A stretch of DNA of 64,000 bases from Lama glama. Its lineage: Eukaryota. The DNA lies in contig CM052837.1 of NCBI GenBank assembly GCA_028534125.1, forward strand, positions 29,140,001 through 29,204,000, given 5' to 3'. Shown piece by piece: positions 11,371 to 23,384 of this stretch. Each line of letters starts with the position of its first letter. Within the stretch, counting starts at the first letter, position 1. Position numbers and translations under genes: made by a program. The notes under the pieces were generated by a model that did not search any database, was not told the DNA's origin, and saw only the letters and a program-made list of their open reading frames with translations.

Positions 11371-12719
11371 AACTCTGAGGTCATAACTCTGTGTGCTGGA
11401 GCTGAGTGTCCCCACAGCCACACTCCATGGCCACAGCTGCCCCCTACCCATTTCACTTTTATGGCCCTACCTGGCTCCTGTAGGCAGCTGAGTTTGCAAG
11501 GTTAAGGTCAGTTACCCATTGGCAAGATGGGACACTGAGGCTCAGAAAAACTAAGTGACTTAACTGATATTGCACAGTAAGCCTGGAACTCAGGTCACAA
11601 TCATTTAGTAAATCTTTACTGAGCATCCACTGTATGCCAGGCACTGGAGACACAGAGAGACCATGATAGATACCGTCCCGCCGTCTAGTGGGGTGACCGT
11701 CTTCTGCTCCACGGCCATACTATTATCTTTATTGCTGGGTAACAGAGTCTGTTGGAGACAGGTCCTTTCTTATCCCCTTGAGGTAGCCGGAAGTAGGTTT
11801 CCCATAGCTGCTGGGCTCCATCCTGTGACAGGGACTGGAAGCAGTCATCTTGGAAGGAAGCCCTTGGAAGAGTTCCCACAGCAAGGCTGCCCCTACTTCC
11901 AACCTGGGCTCTCAGAGAGTGGGAGGGGTGACCAGGCTCTGAGGACAGGGGTTGGGGGTAGGAGTTGGGGTGGGAGATGGGGAAGCGAGCAGACAAGGCA
12001 CAGTAGTATCAGCTAGACAGAACAGGAGGACTTTCCTGTCCTGATTGAACCAAAAGTTCTCCCGCAACCCTTCCAAAGGCAAGAAGTAGAGGGACAAGTC
12101 ACTGGAATACCCAAGTTCCCCATTTACTAGTCCAAGAAAAAGGCACTCACTCAGCCAGCTTGGGAGAAATTACTCCTCCCACCCCCACAGCGCCACCGAT
12201 GGTCAGGAGGAGAAACTGCAGCCTGGAACCTTCATCTGTAGTCCCTCAGACTTGGACCCACCTTGGATCCCACTGACCCCAAAGCCACCAAGGCTATTGC
12301 AGACCTGCTGTTCTCCCAGGAGCCACATCTGAAGAACATTAAGCAGACCGCATACTCTGTGGATGGCTCTCCATTGACGTGGGGGGATGAATAACAGTCC
12401 CAGCCATCATGTGCGTTTGCTAAAAATAAACTTGACATACTTTTGCATTGGGAAACAATGTGGATTCCAAACATTCTCAAAGGGCAGAGAGGGGAAAAAA
12501 GGAAGAATGGAAATCAAGTTTTTGAGCTTAGTAATTAATAAGCCTGTAAACAAATGACTCACCCTCTTTCCTGGCTGTTTTTCTTTCCATTTTGCGTGGA
12601 TTTTCGTAGGGGCAAGGGGAAGGAGGCCAAGTGAGCCAAACTGATAGGCAAGACGGAGTCCAGATGTGTCTCCTTGGGGCGCAGGGTGGCAACTATCTTG
12701 AGGAAGAGTTGACCAGTTG

Positions 12720-12990
12720 GAGAGTGAAAGGAAGAGCTTCAGGTGGGGGGAACAGCATGTGCCACAGCTCTGAGAACTGAAAGAGCTCGGCATGTTTGAG
12801 GAATAGTGAGGAGGCCAGTGTGGCTTGAGTGGAGTGGGCAAGGGGGTGAGATTAGAGAGGTCCACAGGGGCCAGAGCACATGGTGCCCTACTGGCTGTAT
12901 TAAGACATCTAGACTTAATCCTGAAGATGGTGGGAACCACAGAAGAGTTTTGAACCAAGAAGGAACATTATCTGATTCACACAATGATGT
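12720..12990 (-). mobile_element. L2 LINE fragment
   Basis: GGAACAGCATGTGCCACAGCTCTGAG...GAGGAATAGTGAGGAGGCCAGTGTGGCT...GGGAACCACAGAAGAGTTTTGAAC. Confidence 0.8.
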
Positions 12991-14489
12991 TGGTTAAAAA
13001 TTAGATGATAAGAAAATAAGTTCTGAACATTCTCTGTTGTTTGGATGCTTCTGGTATTTAGATTTCCCCAATAAATAATTACCTAGTGGTTATGTTTCTT
13101 AAGGACTCATATGGTTCATGTCTGTCTCCTCTCCATAGAATATCAGCCTCATGATATCAGAAACTTTGCTGACCTTGTTTACTTCTGTGTCTCCAATGCC
13201 AAGACCTATGCTTGGCACACAGTAGGAGGCCAATAAATGTCAAGTGACCTAGCTCCTTCCACAAGGTCAGTGGTCTCTTTTCATTTGTCAGAGGAGGAGT
13301 GGAGGATAGGGAGGCCTTCACAGCCAGCCTAGGATGGTCCAAGGAAAAGCCAGGTTTTACTTAGTTCAAAATAAGAAGTTTTATGGCTGGAAAATCACTT
13401 CTGTAAGGAACTGAGCTCCCCAGCAATTCAAATAGGGCCCACACCACCAGCCCCACAATACCTCTCTCTGATTGGAGACAAACTCTGTGCTGGCTCATAG
13501 ACGCCACTTGACAATTTATGAGGTTGGCATGTTGCTATGTCCATTGTGCAGATAGAGGAGCTGAGATGCAGAGAAGAGCTGACATGCCCAAGGGTACATG
13601 GTTACAAGCCAAGAAGCCCACACTGCAATGCAGGCCTGACTGTAAAGGCTTTTGCTTTTAACCCCTTTTCTGAGCCATAGACTTTGATTGAATCCCAACT
13701 CCACCACTTAGATGCTGTATGACCTGGGGCAAGTAACTTTAATTTTCTGATCTTTATTGCCTTGCTGCTTTAAATGGGGATGTGGATATTTGCGTTGCAG
13801 GGCCGCTGGGTGGAGTTGGGGAGATCTGAGTGGGTAACAGCCACACACAGATGCTCACAACATGTGTACCCCTTCTCTCTCTGCTGAGGTCCTTCTGCCT
13901 TTGGCCCCCATCCTGGGCTGTTAACCGCCTCCTAGGTCTACAGGCCCCCACCCGCCCACTTTGTGTTGATTCACCCATGCCATGAGCTTTTTGACTTCTG
14001 CTGGCATTTTCTTCCTCCTTTTCTTGGTAAACCCACACTGCCTTCTCTGATTGCCAAAGCTCCTCTCAGGGAGAGGCGGGCAGAAGGGGGAGACCCCATC
14101 ATCCCACAGAATGTCTCCACTGCTTCCCCATCCTTCCCACCCTCACCACGCCCGGCTGAGGTCACTAGGCGCGAGACTTGGACCAAGAATGCAGGTCACA
14201 GTTGGGGGTTTAATTAATCATTACGGGGCAGGTGGGCTCTGGTTGGTCCAGGGAACCCTGTGGGGGGCCAGGATGGTGGGGAGCCAGAGGGGCGGGCGAT
14301 GTCAGAGGAAAACTTCTAGGAAAAATGGTGCTCACAGCCCATGGCAAACAACTATGTGGAAAAGCCAAACTTAGTGGTAGGGGTGTGCAGTGATGGGGGC
14401 AGGGGTGGTAGGGGTGGGATGGGCTTGGAGACGCTTTGTGGAGGAGGTGTGTCTTGAGCCAGGTATGCAGAGGGGAAGTGAAGGGCTGG

Positions 14490-14710
14490 GTGCTGGAGTC
14501 AACTCGCTGGGCTTGAATCTCAGTGCTGCCCTTTTCCCATTGTGTGAATGTGGTCAAGTTCACATCTCTCTCCGAGCCTCAGTTTCCCATTTGGAAAATG
14601 AGATAATAATCATAACAACCCCCTAACAGAGTGTAGTGAGGACTAAATGAGATGATGCAGAAAGTGTCTAGAGCAGGGCCAGGCATACAGCTAGTGCTCA
14701 ATATGTGACA
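14490..14710 (+). mobile_element. MIR SINE (near full length)
   Basis: GCCTCAGTTTCCCATTTGGAAAATGAGATAATAAT...GTGAGGACTAAATGAGATGATGC...GTGCTCAATATG. Confidence 0.88.
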
Positions 14711-15459
14711 GCAGGGGTGGAGTGTCAGGCAGCCCTGGGTCTGAGTCCCGGCTCTGCCTCTGTGGCTTATGAGGGGATTAGGACTGTAGGTATAAGGTGT
14801 CCAGTCTGATGCCTGGCACATAGTTGCTGCGTGGTCAATGGGAATGCAATCAGGATTTTTGTGTGTCTGATGCCCTGTGTGAGGCCACCCTGACATCCTA
14901 GTGGGAGATGACTTCCTTCCCTTGTGAGGTGGGGATGTTTCTACCACTTTCACAATGAGAAACCTGCGGCTTAGGGAGCTGAAACCTCGGTCTGCTTGGC
15001 TCTAGAGCCTGTCTTTCTGTAAGGGGGTTTGTCACTGGGTGTGTGTATTGCTGGGGGTATGTCCCACTGGGTCCCTTATGGGTGCTAATGGGACAGCCTT
15101 TTTTTTGACTAACAGATCCTGTCTCAGGTTTATTTGTACAAATAGGGGACAGGCTTTTAATGGTTAAAAAAAAAAACAGTGAAAGCAGCAACTCTTGGCC
15201 CAGGGTTCTGGGATCCAGCAGGGTGTAATCAGGGCCCCTGTCCCGGGATGGGGACTGGGGAGTGGCTTTGTGTATATGGAGGCTGGCTTGGGGTCTTGGG
15301 ATGGGGGCTGCCCCTGCCAGGCCCAGCTTGGGCCTTTCTCCTCCCACTTGACCAGCCTCACCACACTATTCATTATTTACTTTTGTTACTATTGGCACTT
15401 TGGGCCATTCTTTTCAACTGTCCAGAATCTGAATCTCCTTCTGATGTTTGAAGAATTTG

Positions 15460-15560
15460 ATGCTGAGAGTATGAGACTAGGTTTCCAGCCTCCATTGCAG
15501 CTAGCACATAGACATGTGACTTGGCTCAGCCAATCAGACATATCATCCCAGACCTGTGGG
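15460..15560. mobile_element. MaLR (MLT1-type) LTR fragment
   Basis: TTTCCAGCCTCCATTGCAGCTAG...CATGTGACTTGGCTCAGCCAATCAGA. Confidence 0.55.
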
Positions 15561-16009
15561 GAGACCATTCTGTTCCCATTCAGAGGCTCTGGTTCCATGC
15601 AGGTCCCTCCCCTGCTCAGAATTCTCCATGACTCCCCATTGCTCTTAAGACAAAACCCAGACTCCTCTCCATGTCCCACAAGGATCTCACTTCCTCCCAT
15701 CTGTCTCTTCCTCACTTCTCCAGTTACATGGGCCTCCCTCAGCTAAACTCAACACGCCAAGCTCACACCTGCTTCAGGGCCTGTGTGCTTGTTTTCCCTT
15801 CTTTTACCCAGGTGAGGAGATGGGCTGAAGGGAACTGTGCAGGGTGGAAGGGGAATTGGAACTGAAGTTGACCTGTCCTCTGCCTCAGCCTTGCAGGGGT
15901 CTCAGCCCTTGTCAGAGACCCTACCTCCAGGAAGACAAGACAGATCCCCTTTGAAGAGGCAAAATTCCATTCACTTTAGCTCAGCCTAACTTACAGATCC
16001 CCAGGGCAG

Positions 16010-16222
16010 TGCAGTGAGTGTGGTGGGGGTAATATTGCCCCCAAGAGGGTGGAAATTTATTCCTGTGGGGTGAAAAGCACAGATATAAAAACAAAACAAA
16101 ACAAAAGGTATGTAGTGTAACTGTGGCATCAAAACTTCATGGGGAGGCAATCAGGAAAAAATGTCTAAAAATACTCCTTAGGAGGTAGCCAAAAAAAAAA
16201 AAAAAGAGTTGAGAAACTTTGG
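16010..16222. mobile_element. hAT-Charlie-type MER element (family not assigned)
   Basis: Ends in AAAAGAGTTGAGAAACTTTG, similar to the Charlie TIR GGTTGAGAAACACTG; internal GGGGGTAATATTGCCCCC. Confidence 0.45.
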
Positions 16223-16224
16223 TT

Positions 16225-16672
16225 TAACCAAGTTAAACAGATCACCTAAACTTGATTTGACTCAACTCCTCAACTCAACCAAACTGAACTCATTTCAATT
16301 CAGATAAACTCACCAGTTTAATTTCAACTCTTCTCAGCTCATTTTAACTCAGTATATATACATCAGCTCTGTGTATCTCAATTCAGTATAACTCAGATCA
16401 GTTTAAAACTCACTTCAATTTGATTTAACTCAACTCATCCTAACTGAACTCACCTCACCTCAACTCAGTTCCATTTATCTCAGTTCAACTCAGTTTAATT
16501 TACCTCAACTCACCTCAGTTCCACCCACTGCAGTTTACTCAAGTCAATCCTGCCCAATTTAATGCTCAACTCAGCTCATCTTCACCTCATCTCCTCAACT
16601 TACTTCATCTAAGCTCGATATAACTCCACTCAGCTCGACTTGACTCAAGTAATCCACCTCAGCTCACCTTAA
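16225..16672. repeat. Degenerate pentamer array (AACTC/AGCTC/ACCTC/AGTTC)n
   Basis: ctcaactcctcaactcaaccaaactgaactca...aactcacctcacctcaactcagttcc...cagctcgacttgactcaag; 5-bp periodicity over ~450 bp. Confidence 0.85.
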
Positions 16673-17289
16673 ACACTTACTCCATTTACCACTCCCCCTC
16701 CCCTGACACCCTCCAGGCCTTGCAGCAGAGAGATCCCTCAGACCTCATTCCTGCCCCCAGCATGCTCCTAGTCTAGCTGGTGACTCTGACATGACCCTTC
16801 AACAGGCGCTGTGATGGGGGAAGCACTAGGTGCTAAGTGAGCAGCACATGGCAGCTCTAGGGAGCCCCAGAGGATTTCCCACAGGAAGAAGGGTTAGCTC
16901 TGGCAGAATTTTGGGAGGGAGCACATTCCAGGCAAAGAGACAGCATGTGCAAAGGGCCAGAAGCAGGATGGATGGGACACTCAGAGACTTGGAAGTCGAT
17001 CAGGCTGGGGGACAGGATGGGAGGATGTGGGTGGCTGGGGCCACACACAGTCTCCTGGTGGAGACTCTAGCCTGGGGAAAGTGGGGAGCTGCTGCAGCAT
17101 TGAGCGGAGGAGAAACATGATTTAAAGGATCCCTCTGGTTGCTGGGAGGAAACAGTCCAGAAGAAAGACTGGACCTGTTGGGCAGTGACTGAGATAAGCA
17201 ATCCAGCATTAGGGTGTTGGTGGGGGGCAAACAGGTGGAGAGCTTAAAGAAAGAATTTAGGAAATGGATAATAAAAAATGACCAGTAAT

Positions 17290-17500
17290 TAAGCACTTTC
17301 TTTGGACCAGGCCTTATCTATTTGCCTTATATATATTAACTAATTTAATCCTTCCAACAACCCCATGAGGTAGGTATTACTGTTAACCCTATTTTGTAGA
17401 TGAGGAAATTGAGGCTCAGAGAGGCTGACATTTGCTCAAGGCATACAGCTTCTAAGGGGGCAGATCTGGGGGTCTCAGCTCAGGCACTGATGCTCCAGAG
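17290..17500 (-). mobile_element. MIR SINE
   Basis: ATTTAATCCTTCCAACAACCCCATGAGGTAGGTATTA...TTTTGTAGATGAGGAAATTGAGGCTCAGAGAGG. Confidence 0.9.
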
Positions 17501-17879
17501 CCCTTAGGAATATCTGGGCATCCACTTCAAAATTTTCATGGCCGATCCATTCTGCAGGTTTCCATGCCGCATAATAGGTGCTCAGGAAATTCTTGCTCTG
17601 TGAGTTTATGGGGATTTAAACCATCATTGCCATTTGAGTTGGGAGTGCCTGTCCACATTTCAAAGGAAGAATCTGTTATCTTTGTTTCACAGGAGATGAA
17701 ACTGAGGCCCAAGGTCACAGAGCCAGGAAGTGGTAGGGCCAAGATTTGAATCTCAAGTAGGAAAGTGTTCTACTTGAACACAGGCAAGGTAGTCATCATC
17801 AAAGTCTTCAGCCACTTGGATTTTAATTTCACAGCTTATGTGCACTGAGCAGGCCCTGAACACTGGACAGGGGAGGGGA

Positions 17880-18410
17880 TCTCGCCCTGGTCCCTCCCTG
17901 CTTAAAATTCTCCCGTGTCTGCCCACTGTCCTGAGGATGCAGTCCAGGCTCATCCCTGCATCAGGCCCTGCCTGATCTACTCCTGACCCCACCTGCCTCT
18001 CTGACCTCACCTCCCACAACTCTCCCCTTCTTGGTCCCTGCTCCAGCCTCCTCCAACACACTGTTTCTCACCCCAGGACCTTTACACATGCACTTCCCTC
18101 TGCTTGGAACACTCTTCCCGCAGCAGCTCCATCCATCCTTCAGTTCTCAACTCTAGGGTCACCTTCTCAGAGAAGCCCTCCCTGAGCACTTGAGCTCAGG
18201 TCTCTGCCAGTTGTTCCCTATCACATCACCTGAAAGTAATATCCTGCTCCCATGATGGAATTTTCTTATTTGTTTATCATTTACCTCCTCTAGTGGACTG
18301 AGCTCTGATGGGCAGGGACCATGTCTATGTTGTTTTCTGCTATACTGCCTGGTATATAGTAGGTGCTCAGTAAACATTTATGGAATGAATGAATGAGTGA
18401 AGGAATGGAT
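17880..18410 (+). mobile_element. L2 LINE 3' fragment
   Basis: Ends TGCCTGGTATATAGTAGGTGCTCAGTAAACATTTATGGAATGAATGAATGA. Confidence 0.88.
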
Positions 18411-20129
18411 AGACATAGTTTAATAATCCCAGTGTTAAGAAGAGGAACAGAAGTCTTAGGACCTAGGCCAGGGTCCGAGACCTCTTTTCCCTGGGTCCCC
18501 CTGTCCTGGGAAGGGGCCCTCCGAGGGAAGGAGGGCAGACGTGGGGGGCAGTGGGCAGGGCTGGGCGAGGCCTCCTCATTCCTTACTGTTTTCATCCTTT
18601 CGTTAATTATGGGCTCAGACACTCCTCGATGCCTTCCCAGAATAATAGTCAGGCCTGTTATCAGCAGCATCTCTGGGACCTTTTCACAAACAGTCATTAA
18701 TCAAGTCTCACCGCCACCCTGCCCTTCCTTCTGGTGGAAACCGAGGCACAGAGAGGTGAGGCTACTTTCCCAGCATCACACAGCCAATGTGGGGAGGATG
18801 GGTTGTTTTGCCCCCAGTTCTCTGGTGTGGGATGAGGGCCTCTTCTCTGTTCTACTTAGCGGGGAATCTCTGAGCCTGCCATGGCTGGGGGGCCCTTCCC
18901 CCAGTTCCCAGCCCCCAGCCTTCCTTAAAGCCCTGGGGGCCTTCCAAGGTGGCCTCTTAATCACTGCTATTTAATTAAGGAGGTTAAACAACTCTGAGGG
19001 ACCCACACAGGCCTGCCTGGGGAGAAGGTGGCCTGGCCATCTTACAGCAAGGCCCTTGCTTTCCAGGCCCAGCCTGGCAGGGCACTGCACTGCCTCTGCC
19101 CGCTATGGGCCCGGGGTCTCTGGGGAAGGTGCTATAGGGCTCCATTATTGGTGTGTGCCCCCTCCCCTTCTTCAAATGGTGTGTGGGAGGCGCTGGCATC
19201 ACTTAATGAGGCCTCCACAGCTGCCAAGGAGAGCTGGAGGAGTTGAAACAGGTTCTGGGTGAGGTGAGTTTCGTGGGCTGGGCAAAATCCGTGGCTCTTT
19301 GCCATGTGGGCGCTCCCTGGGGCGTTGGGGGGTGGGCGTGGGACCCCCACCTCCTCCCTGTCCTCCGTTTGCTCCCATCAGGTTGGAGCAGAGGAAGCTA
19401 GGTAGGGGACAGCGGGGATAACAGAGGATGGTGGTCAGTACTGGAGGCTCACAGTGGTAACCTCCCACCTCCAGCCACCCCAGAAGCCTGTTAGAACCAC
19501 GCCAAATAGGACCACAGCAACAGGGTCTGGGGATTCCCAAGACATTGCTAATCTGTGCTCTGACACAGTCTTGGGCCTCAGTCTTCCAATCTGAGAAATG
19601 GGGGTCATTAGATGTAACGATCTCACACTCAAAGCTTTGGTTTAGGAATGATCCATCCCAGACACAGCTGTCTGACTTGTTGTGTGACTTTGGGCAAGTT
19701 GCTTCCCTCCTCTGGGCCCCTGTAGCTTGGGCTGTACCTGGTGGTGGTAAGGTGGACTGAGTGATAATGAGGGGGTCATTCCTGCTGACCCTGTGTCTCC
19801 ACTGAGGCTGAGAACGCCTTGTGAGGGTCGCCCAGACTTGCTTTCTCCAGTACACACAAAGACGTTATTCAGCATGTCTTTGCTGGCCCTGGGGAGACTA
19901 AGCCCTGCACTCAGGCCAAGGAGGCTCGGGAGGAAGCTCCTAGCTGGTGCCTGGACACTCCCTGAGGCTGGGCTGCAGGTCCCAGGGCCTGGAGGGCCAG
20001 TCCCTGCATTGCTGAACCCTTGGGGTCAACAGTCGAACAGGCTCAGGCAAGGCTGGCTCAAGGCAGCACCTGCTGTGTTTCCAGAGCCCCTGTGAGTTGG
20101 GGCCCTGATGCCTCTTTGTCTTTCTCAAC

Positions 20130-20860
20130 TTTTCTTTTTTAAAGTCACCTTTTTGGAAGTACAATTTATATACAATAAAACTCAACTCTTTTTTTTTTTG
20201 GTGTACAGGTCTATGAATTTTGACAAACTTACACAGTTTCATGAACACCACCATGATCAAGATACAGATCAAGACATAGATTTCCATCACTCCAGAAAGT
20301 TCCCTGCTACCCCTTTGCAGTCAGTCCCTCTCGGTATCACCAGCCACTGACAACCACTGAGCTCCCCCGACTTTTTATTTTGAAAATGTTGAAACTTACA
20401 GAAAAGTGCAAAAACCTTACAGTGAACCACTGTAGTACCTTCACCCAGATTCCCCAGCTGTCAACACTTGGCCCCATGCACACATTCTTGGTCTCTCTCT
20501 TTCTCTCCCTCTGCATGATTTTTGCTGAACTTTTTGTAAGTTGCAGACATCCTGACCCTTCACCCTAACTTCAGCAAGCACCTCTGAAGAACAAGGGCAT
20601 TCTCAGACACAACCCTGATGCCATTATCACATCCAAGAAATTTAGCATTGATTCAGTCATATTACCTAATATTCAGTCTGTGTCCAAATTACTGAGATTG
20701 CTCCAAAGTGTCCTCCATAGCTCTGTGTGTGCATTTAAATTTTTCTTGTCTCGACTTTAATCAAGGATCAGGCCCTGCGTTTGATAGTGTCTCTTTGTCC
20801 TTTTATTTACAACATTCTGTCTGCCCTGGCTCGATACATAATGTACTCTTTTTAAAAACT
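20130..20860 (-). mobile_element. Old L1 (L1M-type) 3' UTR fragments, at least two abutting pieces
   Basis: TTTTTGGAAGTACAATTTATATACAATAAA...TGTACAGGTCTATGAATTTTGACAAA; TTTTATTTTGAAAATGTTGAAACTTACAGAAAAG. Confidence 0.75.
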
Positions 20861-21329
20861 GCCCTCATGGTTCTCCATACCTGGGGCTCTAGGGCAAGTC
20901 TCTAAGGGGAACGTGAGTACCAGGGGAGGGGGCTGCTGACGTGGGGACGTAGATGTCCTGAGAGACTTTTCTTAAAAGCTTTGTTTAAAAGGAGAGGGAC
21001 ATAGGACAGGAGAGAGAGAGGGAGAGACAGGCAGACAGACAGACAGATAAATGAGTTCATTGTTGTAACTTCCAACAAGGCTAAAAAATTCAAAGCAAAA
21101 AGTAAAAGTGACCCAATTTGAATTGAGAGGATCCTGAGCCTGATGGTTGTGGTTCTAATCCTGCTCTGCCTCCGCCTGGCTGTGGGACCTTTGCCAGAAG
21201 ACCTCACCTCTTGGGCATCAATCTCTGCATCTATGAAATGAGGACAATGTCAGTCTGCCCACCTCCCCCCACCGTTGTTGTGAGGATTAAATGAATTAAT
21301 GCATCTAGTGCATAAATAGCAGTGACTCT

Positions 21330-22200
21330 GTTGTTAACAGGTTGGTGACAGCCCCTCCAGACATTTCTCTCTATACTTACATGCATGGATGTATGTGAAC
21401 ATTATATATTGTATAAATTGGATCACCTCCTTTACTCCCTCAAGAATTCATCATAAGCACTTTCCCACATCCCCCAATGTAGCACTCTTCTATCGTTTAA
21501 ACTTTTAAAGAAACATTTATTAATTTTTGCCAATAGATAATACATTCATATGGTACCAAATGCCAAAGGTACAAGAAGTGTACAGCAAAAAGTCTGTCTC
21601 CTTCCTGCCCCTGATTCCTCAGTTCCTCACTGAGATGTTTTCTTGTTTTGCTTCCCAGGAGGGTTCTATGCACAAACAGAAACGTATTTTCTCTCTTTGT
21701 GTTTACCTACAGATGTTAGAAGACTGTACACATTGTTTCTATGCCTTGTTATTTTCATGGAGCAGTACATCTTTGAGATGGTCCATATAGGTGCATAAAG
21801 ACTGCCCTTTTTTATTTAAGGCTGTGTGGTAGTCCCTTGTAGAAACGGACTATTTAAAGAACCAGTTCCTTATTCGTGAATATGAAGGTGCTTGTAGGCT
21901 TTCGCCATTACAAATTGCAAAAGATAACCTTGTGCAAACATCTTTGTGCCCATGTGCTAGTCTGTAGGATGTATTCCTAGAAGTGGAATTGCAGGTCAGA
22001 TGTCATGTATATTTTGAGTTTTGCTCTGCCACCGTTTTCAGTGACTGCATGAATCCCGGTGTGTTTAATAGTCCCTGATTGGTGACCATTTAGGTAGTCC
22101 CAATTTGTCTTTCTCATAAACAATGCCACAATGAATATCTTTGTGCTGCTGTCTTTGTGTATGGGAGCGGTCAGCTTACGGGGAATTCCCAAGAATCTGA
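21330..22200 (-). mobile_element. Old L1 (L1ME-type) fragments including ORF2 C-terminal remnant
   Basis: Minus-strand ORF 21977-22192 encodes HKDSSTKIFIVALFMRKTNW, similar to L1 ORF2 C-terminal HKDxCTxMFIAALFxIAKxW. Confidence 0.7.
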
Positions 22201-22339
22201 CAGCAGGTCAACAGGAAGTGCTGAGAAGAGAAAGAAGAAAATGGACCCAAAGGGGCCTGGGTAGCTCCTGGGCCTGTGGGATGCATGATGGTCAGAGTGG
22301 CTGCCCATTGGATCCTCAGAGTAACAGAGTCCTCTAGCC

Positions 22340-22510
22340 TCTCACTGCTAGAACATGGTCTGGGACTTATACCACAGGGGCTGCCTGAGAGGCTGTTAGA
22401 AATGCAGTCTTGGGCTCTGCCCCAGCCCTGTCGAATCAGGACCTGAATTAGGCTGGTTTTGAGAGGAGCTGCCCTAAAACAAATCCTGAGACTCCAAGAC
22501 CCATTGCTGG
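22340..22510. mobile_element. MER5-like hAT-Charlie element
   Basis: CCTGAGAGGCTGTTAGAAATGCAGTCTTGGGCTCTGCCCCAG...GAATCAGGACCTG. Confidence 0.6.
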
Positions 22511-22529
22511 AGGAAATGGTTCAGCCTTG

Positions 22530-22745
22530 GGTCTGGGGCAGACTTGAGGCTAAACCTGGCTTCACCATCTGCTGGCTTGCTACTGGAAGTGAGCTGGATG
22601 ACCTCTCTATGCCTCAGTTTCCTCATCGGTAGACTAGGAGTGAGAGCAATACTCACCTCATAGGGTGGTTGTGAGACTCCAACATGGTAATTCAAATAGA
22701 AGCGTCTAGCTTGTGCTTGCACATAAGAAGTGCTCAATATTGTCA
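22530..22745 (+). mobile_element. MIR SINE
   Basis: CCTCTCTATGCCTCAGTTTCCTCATCGGTAGA...ACCTCATAGGGTGGTTGTGAGA. Confidence 0.85.
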
Positions 22746-22789
22746 TTTTCATTGAGGTGTGTATTGTTTAAGGAGATGTAGGAGACAGA

Positions 22790-22965
22790 TCTCTTTGTCT
22801 TTTGATCTCCCCTCTCTGTCTCTGTCATCACCATCCTCTCTGTCTCTGTCCTCATCTGTCTCTCTGTGACCACCTGTTTCTCTCTGTTCTGCCTCAGTGT
22901 CTCTCCTCCTGTTTCTGTCTCTTACTCCCCATCTGTTGGTGTCTCTCTCTGACTCTGTTTTTATC
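22790..22965. repeat. TC-rich low-complexity tract
   Basis: ctctctgtctctgtc degenerate repeat. Confidence 0.75.
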
Positions 22966-23384
22966 TCTAACTTGTGGGGCCATACGAGCTTTATAAGCAT
23001 CTATGAAAATGCAAAGAACCTGAGACAATGGGGCTACAATGCAAAGAGGAAACTGCACACTAAAAATTAACAATAATGTAACGGCAAAATCATACCATTA
23101 CACAAACTCACATATGAACAACGACAACAAAAATGTATGTTTTCAGTGGGATGTGGGGCCCTTTCAACCTGCTCGGTGGGTCGTGGTGGGGGCCTGCCAG
23201 GCCTCACAGCTTGGTCCATCGTCACCTTTCCTGCTTCTTTGGACCTACCGCATCCTTGGTCCAGGTAGAACTGAAGATGAAGGGAAAAGATTCTGGCTTT
23301 GGATGGTCACTGAATCCCTTCTCTGTCATATCCTCACTGTGTGATCCCGGGGAGGCATAATCAGTCAGTGGTTTGTGTTCTTCT

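Noticed and set aside
14395-14423. G-quadruplex-capable G-runs (also ~2380, ~11950, ~50705)
   Set aside because: Common in GC-rich mammalian DNA, with no context suggesting function
16225-16672. Bona fide immunoglobulin switch region
   Set aside because: Too short, dominated by AACTC rather than GAGCT/GGGGT, and no constant-region exons or I-exon in the window; kept only as a switch-like repeat
19199-19855. Longest ORF in the track (218 aa)
   Set aside because: Crosses MIR fragments, shows no domain similarity I recognise, and is expected by chance in GC-rich DNA
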